The position numbers were made by a program, and so were the translations under genes. The notes under the pieces are model-generated. The model searched no databases and was not told where the DNA came from. It saw only the letters and a list, made by a program, of their open reading frames with translations. A stretch of 64,000 bases of DNA, taken from Gordius albopunctatus. Taxonomy: Eukaryota. The DNA lies in assembly GCA_964276515.1 (NCBI GenBank), contig OZ193910.1:62001-126000 (forward strand), given 5' to 3'. Shown in pieces: positions 54,501-64,000 of the stretch; the stretch's first letter is position 1, and every line of letters starts with the position of its first letter.

Positions 54501-54552
54501 GTATCAAAAACATGAGGCTTGAGTCATTGCATTTAAACCGATCCCAACGCAT
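24367..54552 (-). CDS. ABCA: ABCA-subfamily full-length ABC transporter-like gene (TM1-ECD1-TMD1-NBD1-R1-TM7-ECD2-TMD2-NBD2-R2), ~2000 aa, both NBDs degenerate
   Basis: Exons traced with GT-AG sites: 54460-54552, 54310-54412, [>=1 exon unlocated], 49302-49390, 49225-49244, 49132-49185, 48633-48885, 47543-47656, 46858-47506, 46364-46787, 45760-46125, 45422-45606, 45227-45356, 41616-41823, 41384-41574, 41266-41299, 38216-38445, 38080-38164, 37793-38039, 36412-37341, 36034-36291, 35722-35958, 35292-35677, 35025-35233, 33974-34115, 33353-33530, 30883-31030, 24549-24442/24367. Phases match from 49390 onward. ABCA hallmarks: LLSWKN, YYYNGFVILQDLID, LQQMPYPCY, MVEEKENKRV..YKMFGV, LTVEENLWFF, EDYSITKSTLEE. 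Confidence 0.9.
26940..27200. repeat. Minisatellite of ~29 bp units with two alternating variants
   Basis: GCTATAGCGCATAGTCA(CTTGGAGG|CATAAGG)CGCTA repeats. Confidence 0.8.
27960..30635 (+). mobile_element. CRE-like non-LTR retrotransposon (RT plus restriction-like endonuclease), decayed, inside an ABCA intron
   Basis: N-terminal CPTC zinc-finger remnant; GGCEAA; KLDFVNAFNSIRR; GIQQGDP; WYLDD; LLGSP; GGLGI; CxxC..HxxxC; RPDG..WDFT..E..K..KY; A-rich tail. Confidence 0.85.
30883..31030 (-). CDS. ABCA-like exon (start of R2)
   Basis: TTTTTAG acceptor and GTAAGT donor. Encodes KYEFGYRLFIKL, equivalent to the FGxGY motif. Phase matches both neighbours. Confidence 0.75.
31781..33318 (-). mobile_element. 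hAT deletion derivative (1.54 kb)
   Basis: TIR TAGAGCTGTT/AACAGCTCTA with perfect 8-bp TSD ATTATTAA. AACTAGTTCAAGTTCA subterminal arrays. Internal remnant SSPPVERLFS (hAT dimerisation domain) on the minus strand at ~32390-32480. Confidence 0.9.
32710..32870. repeat. ~160 bp GC-ended dispersed repeat (MITE-like). Copies at 33604-33765, 43880-44037 (inverted) and 6742-6850 (partial)
   Basis: Shared AAATTAGAG.GGG..ATGA..A..TTCGAAA...GCAGCCGCC.C.CC.TGCCC..CC...TGGCT.CG core. Confidence 0.7.
33353..34115 (-). CDS. ABCA-like exons covering the NBD2 signature, Walker B and H-switch region
   Basis: HCAYETCRKVCIALTLMSNYRIVLLEEPFEG / FNENIRNVLRK...LIFTSSLESYDICSQISVLFNGQVKYYGS aligns to the ABCA NBD2 C-terminal half. 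Confidence 0.8.
35025..38445 (-). CDS. ABCA-like exon cluster: R1, TM7, ECD2, TMD2 and the N-terminal half of NBD2
   Basis: Eight phase-consistent exons. KIWYDN, GILTINHP, LFPPFTFFRGL, CFGII and IGYYP..LTPRETL motifs. Confidence 0.85.
40631..40760 (+). mobile_element. Possible 5' end of a non-autonomous Helitron with (TGTA/TG)n microsatellite
   Basis: A|TCTTATATATAAAAATG followed by TGTGTGTATGTGTGTATGTATG resembles the start at 41960. No 3' end found. Confidence 0.4.
41266..41823 (-). CDS. ABCA-like exons covering the NBD1 signature, Walker B and H-switch region
   Basis: DLGRNKRILLNLAIAFAGECRVVILKEA and SIIILTSQLL..ICDRIAFVVQGKLVCSGS..LKLAFTKGF. Confidence 0.85.
41960..44711 (+). mobile_element. 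Helitron deletion derivative carrying a Pif1-type helicase fragment (ORF 42727-43617), in an ABCA intron
   Basis: 5' TC after A. 3' hairpin GCCAAAGCAACGCTTGGC then CTAG followed by T. LIVWDECTM, LLAGDFRQTLPV, LTTNMR, RAILAPKN and LCNG motifs. Confidence 0.9.
45227..49390 (-). CDS. ABCA-like exon cluster: ECD1, TMD1 and the N-terminal half of NBD1
   Basis: Ten phase-consistent exons, including a 20-nt microexon. YCHNVF..WKTLKPLF..KLLFTP, LAGIVF, VRYKIRMD and GLQWN motifs. Confidence 0.9.
49420..49890 (+). mobile_element. Possible decayed 3' end of a restriction-like-endonuclease non-LTR element
   Basis: RRHD and DIIL...KVLVI remnants, an ITMEILKSN tail, and a GTATGTAA..AATAAAAA 3' end resembling the CRE tails here. 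Confidence 0.3.
50278..50513. mobile_element. ~235 bp MITE with AGGGGACACC TIRs in TA context (Tc1/pogo-like)
   Basis: TAGGGGACACC at 50277 and GGTGTCCCCTA ending at 50514. Confidence 0.7.
50560..50790. repeat. Tandem repeat of ~60 bp units, 3-4 decaying copies
   Basis: AATTGCTA.AATA...AAAGTTT.TCTTT.......AGTTTCATA repeats. Confidence 0.75.
50830..51410 (-). mobile_element. pogo/CENP-B-type DDE transposase remnant
   Basis: MVRTYKRKT N-terminal HTH start (51158-51361), plus GADW and FMKPLK remnants downstream. Confidence 0.6.
52338..52820 (-). mobile_element. RTE fragment: APE region fused directly to the 3' tail
   Basis: 52460-52820 matches 21095-21450. 52338-52460 matches the 3' end at 22400-22520. 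Confidence 0.85.
52825..52932. mobile_element. piggyBac-like terminus. Second copy at ~59030-59104
   Basis: GGCTTGGGGTCAT.ATG.CCCCACC..AC.ACGGAG.G ends in TTAA in both copies. Confidence 0.65.
53432..53701. mobile_element. ~270 bp MITE-like fold-back
   Basis: Two GTGCAAAATGTAAT copies at the left end and two inverted (A)TACATTTTGCAC copies at the right end. Confidence 0.65.
54310..54552 (-). CDS. ABCA-like first coding exons (N-terminus and TM1)
   Basis: MRWDRF..LILLSWKNVQIFRKEK / LDSILHMLTPLFLVLPVVYIR, equivalent to the LLLWKN..R + TM1 motif. 47-nt GT-AG intron. Confidence 0.75.
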
Positions 54553-55969
54553 CAGAGATTTAAAGTTCTACAAAAAATATAAATAACAATATTATATTTT
54601 TACCATTTTTGGAGAGCAAAATAAATTAATGGCTGAAAAAAGCTTTTAAATCTTTTGTTACGAAAAGGCTTCTAGAACAAATTTATTTTACCCCATAAGA
54701 ATGGACATTAGAAAGTGGTGTGCATTTTTGATTGGTTCTTTAATATTAAATATGATTGGTTGCAATTTTTTGACAATTTCAAGTTTTTAAAATGATAGGG
54801 TTTGTGTTTTATTTTTGACTTAATTAACGAGGATTTTAAATAATAATGAATAAGTTTTAATTTATTTGTCAAAATGTCATGTTTATTAATGGTATATTTT
54901 GTAAAATTGGTAGAAGTAGCCTATCTACAGGTCCCTGCCTCCGCCCAAAGAGCTAAATATCCATCATCACTTCATCCCTCCATTGTTGAGTTAAAAAGTA
55001 ATAATACTTAATATTTCTAGCTTATAAGGTTGGTTGGTGTTTGGATTAGCAGGCAACACTCTCTCATAGCAAGCAGTGAAAGAAAGGTGATCTGGCTGCC
55101 TTCGACAACTATGATTGATATTGATGCGTTGCATAGTTTTTGTCCCCGTCCTCCTTCCCTTCATTCACTTTCCAACTTACACCAGTAGCAAGGGAAGGAA
55201 GGGAAGGAAGGGGCTGGGTGACAACAAAAATAAAGAGGCGTAGATGAAAGACTTCCCTTATGCCCGAGGCAGGTGTCCAAATGCAAAACCTTTTGTTTGT
55301 TTTGCTCCATCTGATATGGGATTCAAATTTTGATTGGTGCTATAATAGTCGGAGTGTCGCGCTCGAAATGATCACTTTGTTGCGGCTTTAAACACCAAGG
55401 GTAGAGGTGCAGGCAGACTTATTGTTGTTGGATGCCTCCCAAAACTTAAATTAAGATTTTTATAGTTTGGCTTTAGGTGTTGGCAGGCATTGTTTACATG
55501 CTTCAGATATATACGTAAATCAGCTATTGTCAAAAAATGCTCACTTCTAAGTGACATTAAATTTAAATGTTAATAAAAATTAAAGCAAAAATATCATATC
55601 AAAAGAATAGGCAAAAATTAGACTTTCATAACATGCAAAATTAATTTTGGAATAAATTATTTCAAGAACGATAGATCCGGAGGAGATAAACATTATGTGA
55701 GGTTATTGGGCAGTAACTGTTTCATAAATTTAATTTAAAAAATTTAGTTTTAATAAATACTTTTTGAATAAAAATCATGATTTAAATAGGTGTAATTTAA
55801 AATTTAAATGGGTACTTCTCGTCGGGTTAAGAAGCCACCTTAATGAGTTGTGTAAAAGTGTAGTCCTCAATGTTGAACAAAATATGAGGTGATTGTTTAA
55901 AATGAAGGCGATAGGTGTTATTGCTCTCGCTCGGCACAACCAGTTTTTGGTAAAGTTTTTTGGGCCTCC

Positions 55970-58900
55970 TCAATATGCTTTTGGTGTTAGACCAATGTCT
56001 TCCTTGATTGTGGCACGGATACCAAGTAACACAATTGGAAGAACTTAATTCCATTTGATTTTTTCGGTGGCTTTTAAAGATGCCTTTAACTGTCTGTGGA
56101 AACGTTCTACCAGTCCGTTGGCGGATGGGTGATATGCAGTGGTTTTTATATGTTTGCATCCTAATGTGTTGGAGAGTTGTCTAAATAGTCCTGACTGAAA
56201 CTGCGATCCTCTGTCTGTAGTAATTGTACTTGGGACACCATAATTGGCTATCCAACTTTCGATTAGTTTGGAAGCGATCTCTTCGGTAGATGTTTCTTTG
56301 AGTAGGACGGCCATGGGCCATCTCGAGAAACGATCGATTGTCGTCAGAATGTGAGTAAAACCGTTTGAAGGTGGTAGTGGTCCAACTAAATCGACATGTA
56401 TGTGCGAGAATCTCGCGTCTGGTTGTGCGAAAGTCCCGGGCGTCGTTATAGTGTGTTTATGAACTTTGTTTAATTGGCATTTTAAACAACACTTAGCCCA
56501 ATTTCTAACGTCTTGGTTCATCGAAGGCCACACATACACTCTTGAAATCAGTTTGCTTGTCGCTCGTATACCAGGGTGAGAAAAAGCATGAAAGGGATCG
56601 AAAACCTTCCTTCTGAGTGTTTCAGGTAATACCGGTCGAGGTTTAGTGGTTGAAAGATCACAAAGAACTTTACACTCTGATCCTGGGATAGGAATTAGTT
56701 GTAGCTTTAACGATGATGATTCCTTTAAGTTCCTCAGGGTTTGGTCGGTCCTTTGATGCTTACTAATTTCTTCTCGGTTAGGAATTTCAGGTACATTAAT
56801 GGAATCTACCTGCGTCCGAGAGAGTGCGTCTGCAACTGTGTTACTTTCCCCTTTGATGTACCGAATATCAGTTGTGAATTGCGATATTAAATCCAATTGT
56901 CTTGTTTCTCTAGGTGAATACTGGTCAGGCTTAGCGTTAAAGGCGTAACTTAGTGGTTTGTGGTCAGTATACACGGAGAAACTTCGACCTTCTAAAATGT
57001 GGCGAAAGTGCTTAATAGCTAAATAAATTGCAAGGAGCTCCCGGCCGAAAGTGCTATATCGCGTCTGTGTTGGTTGCAGTTTGACCGAATAAAATGCTAT
57101 TGGTTTTACCTGGTTTAAAATTACCTGTTCCAATACTGCTCCGACTGCTGTGTCCGATGCGTCTGTAGTTAACCTTATTTTTGTTTGTGGATCTGTATCT
57201 AATAAGTGCGGTAAAATCTGCTACAGCTGATTTTGCTTTTTCTAACGCTTTTATCTGGTCGTCGTTGAAAGTTAGAGATTTTTTTGGCTTCTTTAACAAA
57301 TCCGTTAAAGGTTGAAGGATTCGGGAAATTCCGGGTAGGAATCTACGATAAAAATTTATCATCCCCAAGAATCTGCGAAGCTTCCTTGTGGAGTCTGGTA
57401 GTGGAAATTCGCGGATAGCGTCGACCTTATCCATTAGTGGAGTGATTCCAGTTTTTGATATGTGATGTCCCAGAAACTCGAGTTCGTGAGTTTCAAACTT
57501 GCATTTTACAGGACTTATTCGGAGGTCAAAGTCCTGTAGTCGTTGTAAAACGGTTCTTAAGTGATTTTCGTGTTCTTTTTCCGAGGTGCTGGCTATAAGT
57601 ATATCGTCGATATAAGCATATGCAAAGTCGAGTCCTCTTAACACTTCATCTATGAACCGTTGAAATGTCTGAGCCGCGTTTCTTAGACCAAAGGGCATTC
57701 TAGTGAATTCGTATAAACCAAATGGTGTTGTCACGGCTGTTTTACTGATGTCACCTGCTGCGATTGGAATGTGGTGATATGCTCTTACCAGGTCGAGCTT
57801 GGAAAATATTGTTTTGTTGTGGAGGTTGGCGGAAAAATCATGTATGTGGGGAATGGGATACCGATCAGGCAATGTGACTTTGTTCAGACCGCGATAGTCC
57901 CCACACGGTCTCCAATCGCCTGAGTTTTTGGCAGCCAGATGTAATGGGGCTGCCCAATTACTTTTTGACTCTCTGATGATACCAAGTTCGAGCATATATT
58001 CGAACTCCTTTTTGGCTGCACTTAACTTATCGGGCGCAAATCGTCTGGGGCGTGAGTGCTGTGCTGGGCCTTTTGTCAGAATGTGGTGTCGTACATCGTG
58101 AGGTGGTATCTGGCGGTTGAAATTTAGAGGGGATATGAGTGACGGAAATTCGTGCAGAATCGCATCGAATTTTGTGCTTTGATTGCTGAGTGCTACACGG
58201 ATACCGAATGTCTGATGTGGTGATGTTGTGCCTATGGATGATAGTTGGGTAGTACTATCTATGAGGCGTTTATTGTTGACGTCCACAACCAACTTATAGT
58301 GATGTAATAAGTCAGCTCCAATTATGGGGGTGTGTACGTTGGCGACTAAAAATACCCATTTGAAATCCCGTCGCAAGCCAAGGTCTAAACTCAATACGAC
58401 TTGTCCGTATGTGTGGATGGTGGTTTGGTTAGCCGCTTGTAAGGTTGGGCCATACGGGATCAATGGATGTTTGGGAGGGGGTGGGATGACGCTTACTTCA
58501 GCTCCCGTGTCGACGAGATATTTCCGTTGGGTGGACCTGTCGAATAAATAGAATAGGCGGCTGAAGGTACGGCCGTTTCCCAATGTCGCCCATATGAGAC
58601 GGCCCGTCAGTTTTTTTTGTTGAGGGTTGGTGTTAAAGTTGCATGGCTGCATTCACTTTCTCGCTTCCTTTCCGAATTTATAATGGTACCAACAAGTGTC
58701 AGTTGGGCGTTGTCTGGATGACGACCTGGATCTACTTGACCGTCTCCATGTCGTCCTACTGCCGTTAGAATTGCCTGTTAATTGATTTACTCTGAGTTCT
58801 AATTGTGACACAGCTTTGATAAGTTCCTGTACTTCGTTTGTTTGAATATTGGGAATAGGAATATTGGGAATCAGAATGTTGGGAGTAGGTACTGATGCCA

Positions 58901-58978
58901 AGTTGCTGACTCTGAAAGTTTCGTGAATCCTATCAGCAACGTCTGCGATACGATCTAGTGATTGATCATCTCTTTGCA
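55970..58978 (-). mobile_element. Gypsy LTR retrotransposon internal region (gag C-terminus, protease, RT, RNaseH, integrase), relatively young, both ends truncated
   Basis: [65 protein letters not shown]. One frameshift near 57190. Same family type as 9360-13129. Confidence 0.95.
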
Positions 58979-59640
58979 GATATTCTAGGGTAAATTTTGT
59001 TAAGCTACTGAAAAAATGAAATTGTAATATTCACTAATTTTTTTTGTACAGCGTTTTTAAACGGCTTGGGGTCATTATGACCCCACCCGACCGACGGAGT
59101 GTTAAAATGGTTTATTTATATTATTTGGTGCTTTTAGTTTTTTATTTATGATTTATTAATTTAATATTTTTCCTAATTTCCGGATTTTTAACAAATCAAA
59201 TTTATCAGCTAAAAAAAGTTACAGAGCTAAGTCTAAACAAAATCTGATGTCCCAAACGCTCCTTACAACAATTATTCCGTGCAACATATTTAATATCGTT
59301 ATTTAAAATTAATCAGGGAAAACAAGTGTGAGTATTAAACGAATAATTGTTGTAGGAATACGACATTGTCCCCGACGATTTTAGCATTTTGACAACGATT
59401 GTGAGCATGGCACCAAGCTGAACACTAGTCTCGATATTTGTCCTCTTGCACAACCCTCTCCAAGTCTTGGTGCAACGTGGCACACAACAAACACCAATAA
59501 CTCGGTCGGTCAACGCGATGAGCATGTCGCCAGGCAAAATAAAGGTCGAATGCGGCTCGGTTGCAGCTAAATAATGCATGCGCTGCCCCAACAGTCTTGT
59601 GCCGCGCGAAGCGGAAAAATACAAATGCATTAAATTAATA

Positions 59641-60880
59641 GGGCGCGTTCATAGTGAACACAAATTTTCGCTACCGCCGCGTGCGGCAAAAGCGAACGAA
59701 AAAGTGAATACAAATCATTTTGTACTTTTCGCGTCGCGCCATGGCCAAAAAATTGAATAGTGTTGTAAGTTAATATAAGTGATTATTTATATTTTAATAC
59801 TTAGAGCAAAAATAATTATGATCTAATTGATGACATTAGTGCTTTACCATTTTATATGACAAATTTCATAAAGATTACAAGGATATTTTCAGAAACTTTC
59901 AATAAAATATTTAGCTTCAGGTAAAATATGCTATTTTTAACATCTTATGTTATGATTAGCTGAGGAACTAAAGAAAAGATGGAAAAATTTAAGAGACACT
60001 TATAGGAAGAAGCCCTTAAAAGTGGAAGTGGATTAAGCTTGTCATCTTGGCCTTATTTCAAGGTGCTAGATTTTTTAAGGCCAACTTTACAGCCAAGAAG
60101 TCAGTGGAGCAGTCTTGACAGTATAATATATGAAGATGAGACAAACAACTCATTAAATGATGAAAGTGTCTTTTTAAGTGATGCTTCTAGTGTGGTAAAC
60201 AAGGAAAATAGTAAGTTTATCAATTGGATAGTAGTCAATAATGATATTTATTTATACAGCATCACCAGAAATGCTTAAAAAGATCACGTAGGATCAATTC
60301 AGAAATAACTTTTCTTGAGAAGCTCATTACTATGGAAGAGCAAAATAAAAACAAATCTGCTGTCCATGGTGTTATAGAAGAAACTTTTAAAAAGAGATCA
60401 AATCCAGGAAAAGAACAATTTTCTAAGATAATTATAATTAATTTTTATATTTTAAATATGTATTGAATTTAATAAATATTGTATCCATGTAATATATGTA
60501 AAATAAATTTATATTTTCTATCATATGTTTTATACAATATTTTTAAATTTATAACACTACTCAAGTAAATAAGATTAAATCTTTATTGAAATCAAAATTT
60601 TTCCATTTTGGCAAATATATTTAGCTTCTTTGCTGGAGTTTTTTATTGGTTGTTGGTGGTAAAAGAACTGAAAGTGAGCCTTTTGATGTTTTAAAATATA
60701 TGTGGCCTTTCCTTATCAATAATCATACTATGAAATATGACACAAGTTTTGATCATCAAATCTGTTGTAGAAGGTTTTGTGGCCATAGCTTTACCCAAAA
60801 TTCTCCATCTGGATGTAAGTATCCCAAAGGCACATTCAACCAGCCTTCTTGCTCTGGATAACCTATAGTTGTAGTGTACG
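59641..60880. mobile_element. PIF/Harbinger derivative: MADF/Myb-like gene remnant (+, ~59815-60440) convergent with the transposase C-terminus (-, ~60700-60880)
   Basis: ELKKRWKNLRDTYRK..SGSG..WPYFKVLDFL (MADF-like). YNYRLSRARRLVECAFGILTSRWRIL..CVIFH (Harbinger DDE). GGGCGCGTTCA terminus-like sequence. Confidence 0.8.
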
Positions 60881-60929
60881 TTCTTTTCTTCATAGTATAA
60901 TATAGATATAAACACCTTAGTTATAAGTG

Positions 60930-61560
60930 AAACCATTTCAAACGCGAATCGCAGGCACTATGAATGAAGCGTCAATTTGCAAATTGCCTGCGAATTCTCG
61001 CGGGCGAAATTTGTCGCAAGCGTTAGACTCCCAAAGTCTGGCACATTCAAAAATGAGTTGGGTGAGGCGTCATAGTTCACGGCCCCGTAAACCACGGGGT
61101 GCTGATTTCGTATGATTTCATCCGTAACGTATTCCCCGCATAAACTCTTTTCGAAAGCGAAATAAAATTTGTATTTGGACAAAAGTTTGCCGATGCATTC
61201 AGAATTAAACTTATGATGTCCGTCTTCGTGCCTAAAAATAATTTAAACCCATATAAACTAACCTGCTGCAAGGGTATTCAATGCTAATGTATTTACGCAA
61301 CTCCTCAACAACCAATTCTCTTACATACAATCACTCACGAACCACACGGCCAAGGCTGGGGAGCTAGCACTTTCCTTTTCATGCTCTATAGATCATGTTG
61401 CTACTCCTCCTATTTGTAGATTTATCCCTATCATTTGAAAGATTTGGGTGGTTCGCGATTCATGTAAATCCATCTGGAATTTCGATTAAACGCGCCCAAT
61501 TCATGTGTATCAAGATAAAAGTCAGAAATGATTATCAAGCAAGGCATCCGTTTGATCGTA
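60930..61560 (-). pseudogene. Degraded GT10 alpha-1,3-fucosyltransferase
   Basis: WIYMNREPP, LAVWFVSDC, EELRKYI and YKFYFAFEKSLCGEYVTDE..PVVYGAVNY..PNSFLNVPDFGS..LA motifs occur in the correct order but are broken by stops and frameshifts. Confidence 0.8.
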
Positions 61561-61944
61561 GTATGAGGGATGGGTTGGATATAAATGACACAAATTATTA
61601 GATTGGGGGGGGGCACGATTTAAAGAGATAATTTAGAGCTACTCAACCAAGAATTCATAACATAAAAAAATAAAGGTTTACATAAAATTAATTAAATTTA
61701 TCGTTGATCACAAAAATACACGATACATGTTATGCGAGTAATCTGTATCTCTTGACATCATACTACAATAATCAAATTAGAAGATAATTTATTGCGGCGA
61801 TTATCCATATTGTAAACGCGTATAGATGTTCCAACAACAACGCTATAATAATAATATTGATTTAGTAAAAATAAATATTGGAATTCTTATTTTTTGAGGT
61901 CGGCCAAGGAGTATATATAAATAATAAGGATGTAAAACACGCTA

Positions 61945-64000
61945 TCAATCAAATTTGTCGGAAACATCGTCATAGCTTCTTGCATCGCGTGGGTGAGGGG
62001 CTGCAGGCGGTTTGTCGGGATTAATTGTAGGGAGAGTGGTGGCTGCTGGGAAGACGGGATTAGTTTCGAATGGATCCATAATGCCTCGGTTATTAGCATC
62101 CAGTTGAGGAAGATTAAATTTGGGCAAGTTTTTGGGCGCACTCTCTCGTTCCAAAAATTGAATGAATAATTCGGATAAACCCTGAGTAGATAGCATTTAT
62201 TTAACAAATGAATAGCAGGCATTAACATACTTTGTCGGTGCTGCTAACACTTTCCGTCGTTTGGGGGCATTTAGAGGGACTCGAACCTCCCCCCCAAAGA
62301 CCAAAGCTCCATCGACTCGATGAATTCTGAGCGCTGACGGGATTCTGGCATAACATGTAATATATATGTGGAGGAGGATTAATTACCATCTTGTCAATTT
62401 GGATGGGGGAAAAGCCCAATATTTTAGCCATCAACAAGCCAATTTCATGCTTCTTTTCGTCGGATGTCGAGAGGTAACTGGCAAATAAATTCTTGAATAT
62501 TTCCCTAAAATACACAAACATACACTCACGCTGCCTCCTAATCAATTACATACCTTTCAAAGGCAGTCCCTTGTTTCTTTTCCATTTCACCCATCCTTCC
62601 CCCCAGGTCGTTAATGGTAGATTCCCGCTCTATAACTATAGATATAAAAAACAAATTCAACACGCTAACGTGCATAGCATAAATGTGTGTGTGCGCGTGC
62701 GCGCGTGGGGGGGAGGGAGGCGATGAGAGCAAATCACCAAGCACCGAGTAGATAATTTTCAAAGAGCGACCTCCGCCGCACTCAGTACCTGATGTAATAC
62801 TCAAACCGACACCCTCAGTCCCGTAATGTGTCACAAGTAGTGTGTGCGCGTGCAAATCACTCACTCTGTAGCCTGGCTTCGTTCAGGGCCGATTCCCTTT
62901 CGGCCAAGCGTTGATTGAGGAAGGAATACGATTTGGAAAGGGTGCCCAATTTTTTAGCTTCGGCCTGGACAAACAATTACTTTTGAATAATCACATGACA
63001 TTTACCTCGTGTCGTTCGGCCTTTTGTTGTAGGTCCATTATAAACCTATCCTTTTCATCCAATCGATCCGTGATGGCCCGCACTTCAAAGGAGAGGGCGT
63101 CATCCTTTTCTAAACAGCCCCCCGCCCCCAAATATGAAGAATAACTTAGTATATTATTTTACCTTTTTGCACGCGTTCCAACACCAACTGCAAATTTGTT
63201 ATTCGCGATTGCAAGCGACACACGTCGTCCTGAAGGGTTGTGTTTTGGGCCAAGCACTTATCCCTCTGCGTCGTGATTTGAACCAAGGTTTCCGATAGAT
63301 TTTTGAGCTTATTCTCATTTTGAGACCTATTCGAAGGAGGTTAATACTCATAATAAAGATTAGACATTACTCGAATTTGGATAATTGGGTAGAGAAGGAG
63401 TCCGCCTTCTCCCGGTACGTGGTCAGAGCTTGTCGTAAAGAAACTTCGCGTTCTTCAGCAGCCAAGGCTTCGGTCGTGTAAGATTCCTCCATCTTCACCA
63501 AATGCCCTTTCAACCTCTCCAATTCTCTCGCCATCTTATCTTCTCCCTCTTTGTACGCCATTTCAATCGCCGCCATCCTTTTTACATCATCGCCCTCCTC
63601 TCCTATTTCCAAGGGCTCCGTCTGTAAAAATACATTAAAAGATATCACATCACACATTATAAAGCTAGTGTACTTGAATCGAGGCATCTTGGCACATAGT
63701 TTCACTCTTGGCCAACGATGCAGTCCGAGCTTCTTCCAATTCCGCCTCGAGTACGTTAATAGATGTGTCGCATGCTGCGTTATGCTCCTTTAATCGACTA
63801 ATCTCTCCTCTCAAATGCTCCAATTCCCGATTAGCGGTCTTCAATTCAACGCATTCCCTCTCCACCCGTTCCAAACTGTCCGCGCACAACTTGATTTGGT
63901 CTTCCTTCTTCGAGAGGGCATAATTCGTTTCCTCCTGTAAAATCTTCAACGACGATTGCAAAGCCACTTTCTCATCCAGCAATAGAGTCACGGTACTTTG
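61945..64000 (-). CDS. TRIP11: Golgin GMAP-210 / thyroid receptor-interacting protein 11, 3' exons (coiled coil + GRAB domain); 5' part lies beyond the window
   Basis: Exons >64000-63674, 63371-63621, 63163-63326, 63006-63109, 62865-62964, 62554-62635, 62387-62504, 62231-62344, 61945-62181. ELERLKGHLVKMEESYTTEALAAEERE, NLQLVLE, IFKNLF..KILGF, WGGGS and LSELFIQFLERES motifs. Confidence 0.88.

Noticed and set aside
1..64000. Prokaryotic defence or retron-type system suggested by the many RT ORFs
   Set aside because: All RT fragments belong to recognisable eukaryotic Gypsy, RTE or CRE-like retrotransposons and are disrupted.

Overview
AT-rich, repeat-dense eukaryotic (invertebrate-like, inferred) DNA with spliceosomal GT-AG genes, so the supplied ORF track shows only exon and transposon fragments. 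Two host genes lie on the minus strand. One is a ~30 kb ABCA-subfamily full transporter gene (54552 to ~24367, 27 exons traced by hand). The other is the 3' part of TRIP11/GMAP-210 (64000 to 61945). A decayed GT10 alpha-1,3-fucosyltransferase copy lies at ~60930-61560. The rest is mostly nested transposon debris: Gypsy LTR elements, RTE and CRE-like non-LTR elements, a Helitron, Harbinger, pogo-like, hAT and piggyBac-like derivatives and MITEs, a tRNA-derived sequence and minisatellites. The main observation is that the ABCA gene keeps ~2000 codons of stop-free exons, phase-consistent from the third traced exon onward, while both nucleotide-binding domains have lost Walker A, the ABC signature, the Walker B Asp and the H-switch. 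That makes it a candidate ATPase-dead pseudo-transporter. Other notable items are 36-50 nt introns, a ~1.3 kb fold-back of a Gypsy 5' end, internally deleted RTE copies that retain their 3' tail (one also its 5' end and TSD), and a gag-pol frameshift site that appears locked in frame. All calls were made by eye; no searches were run.
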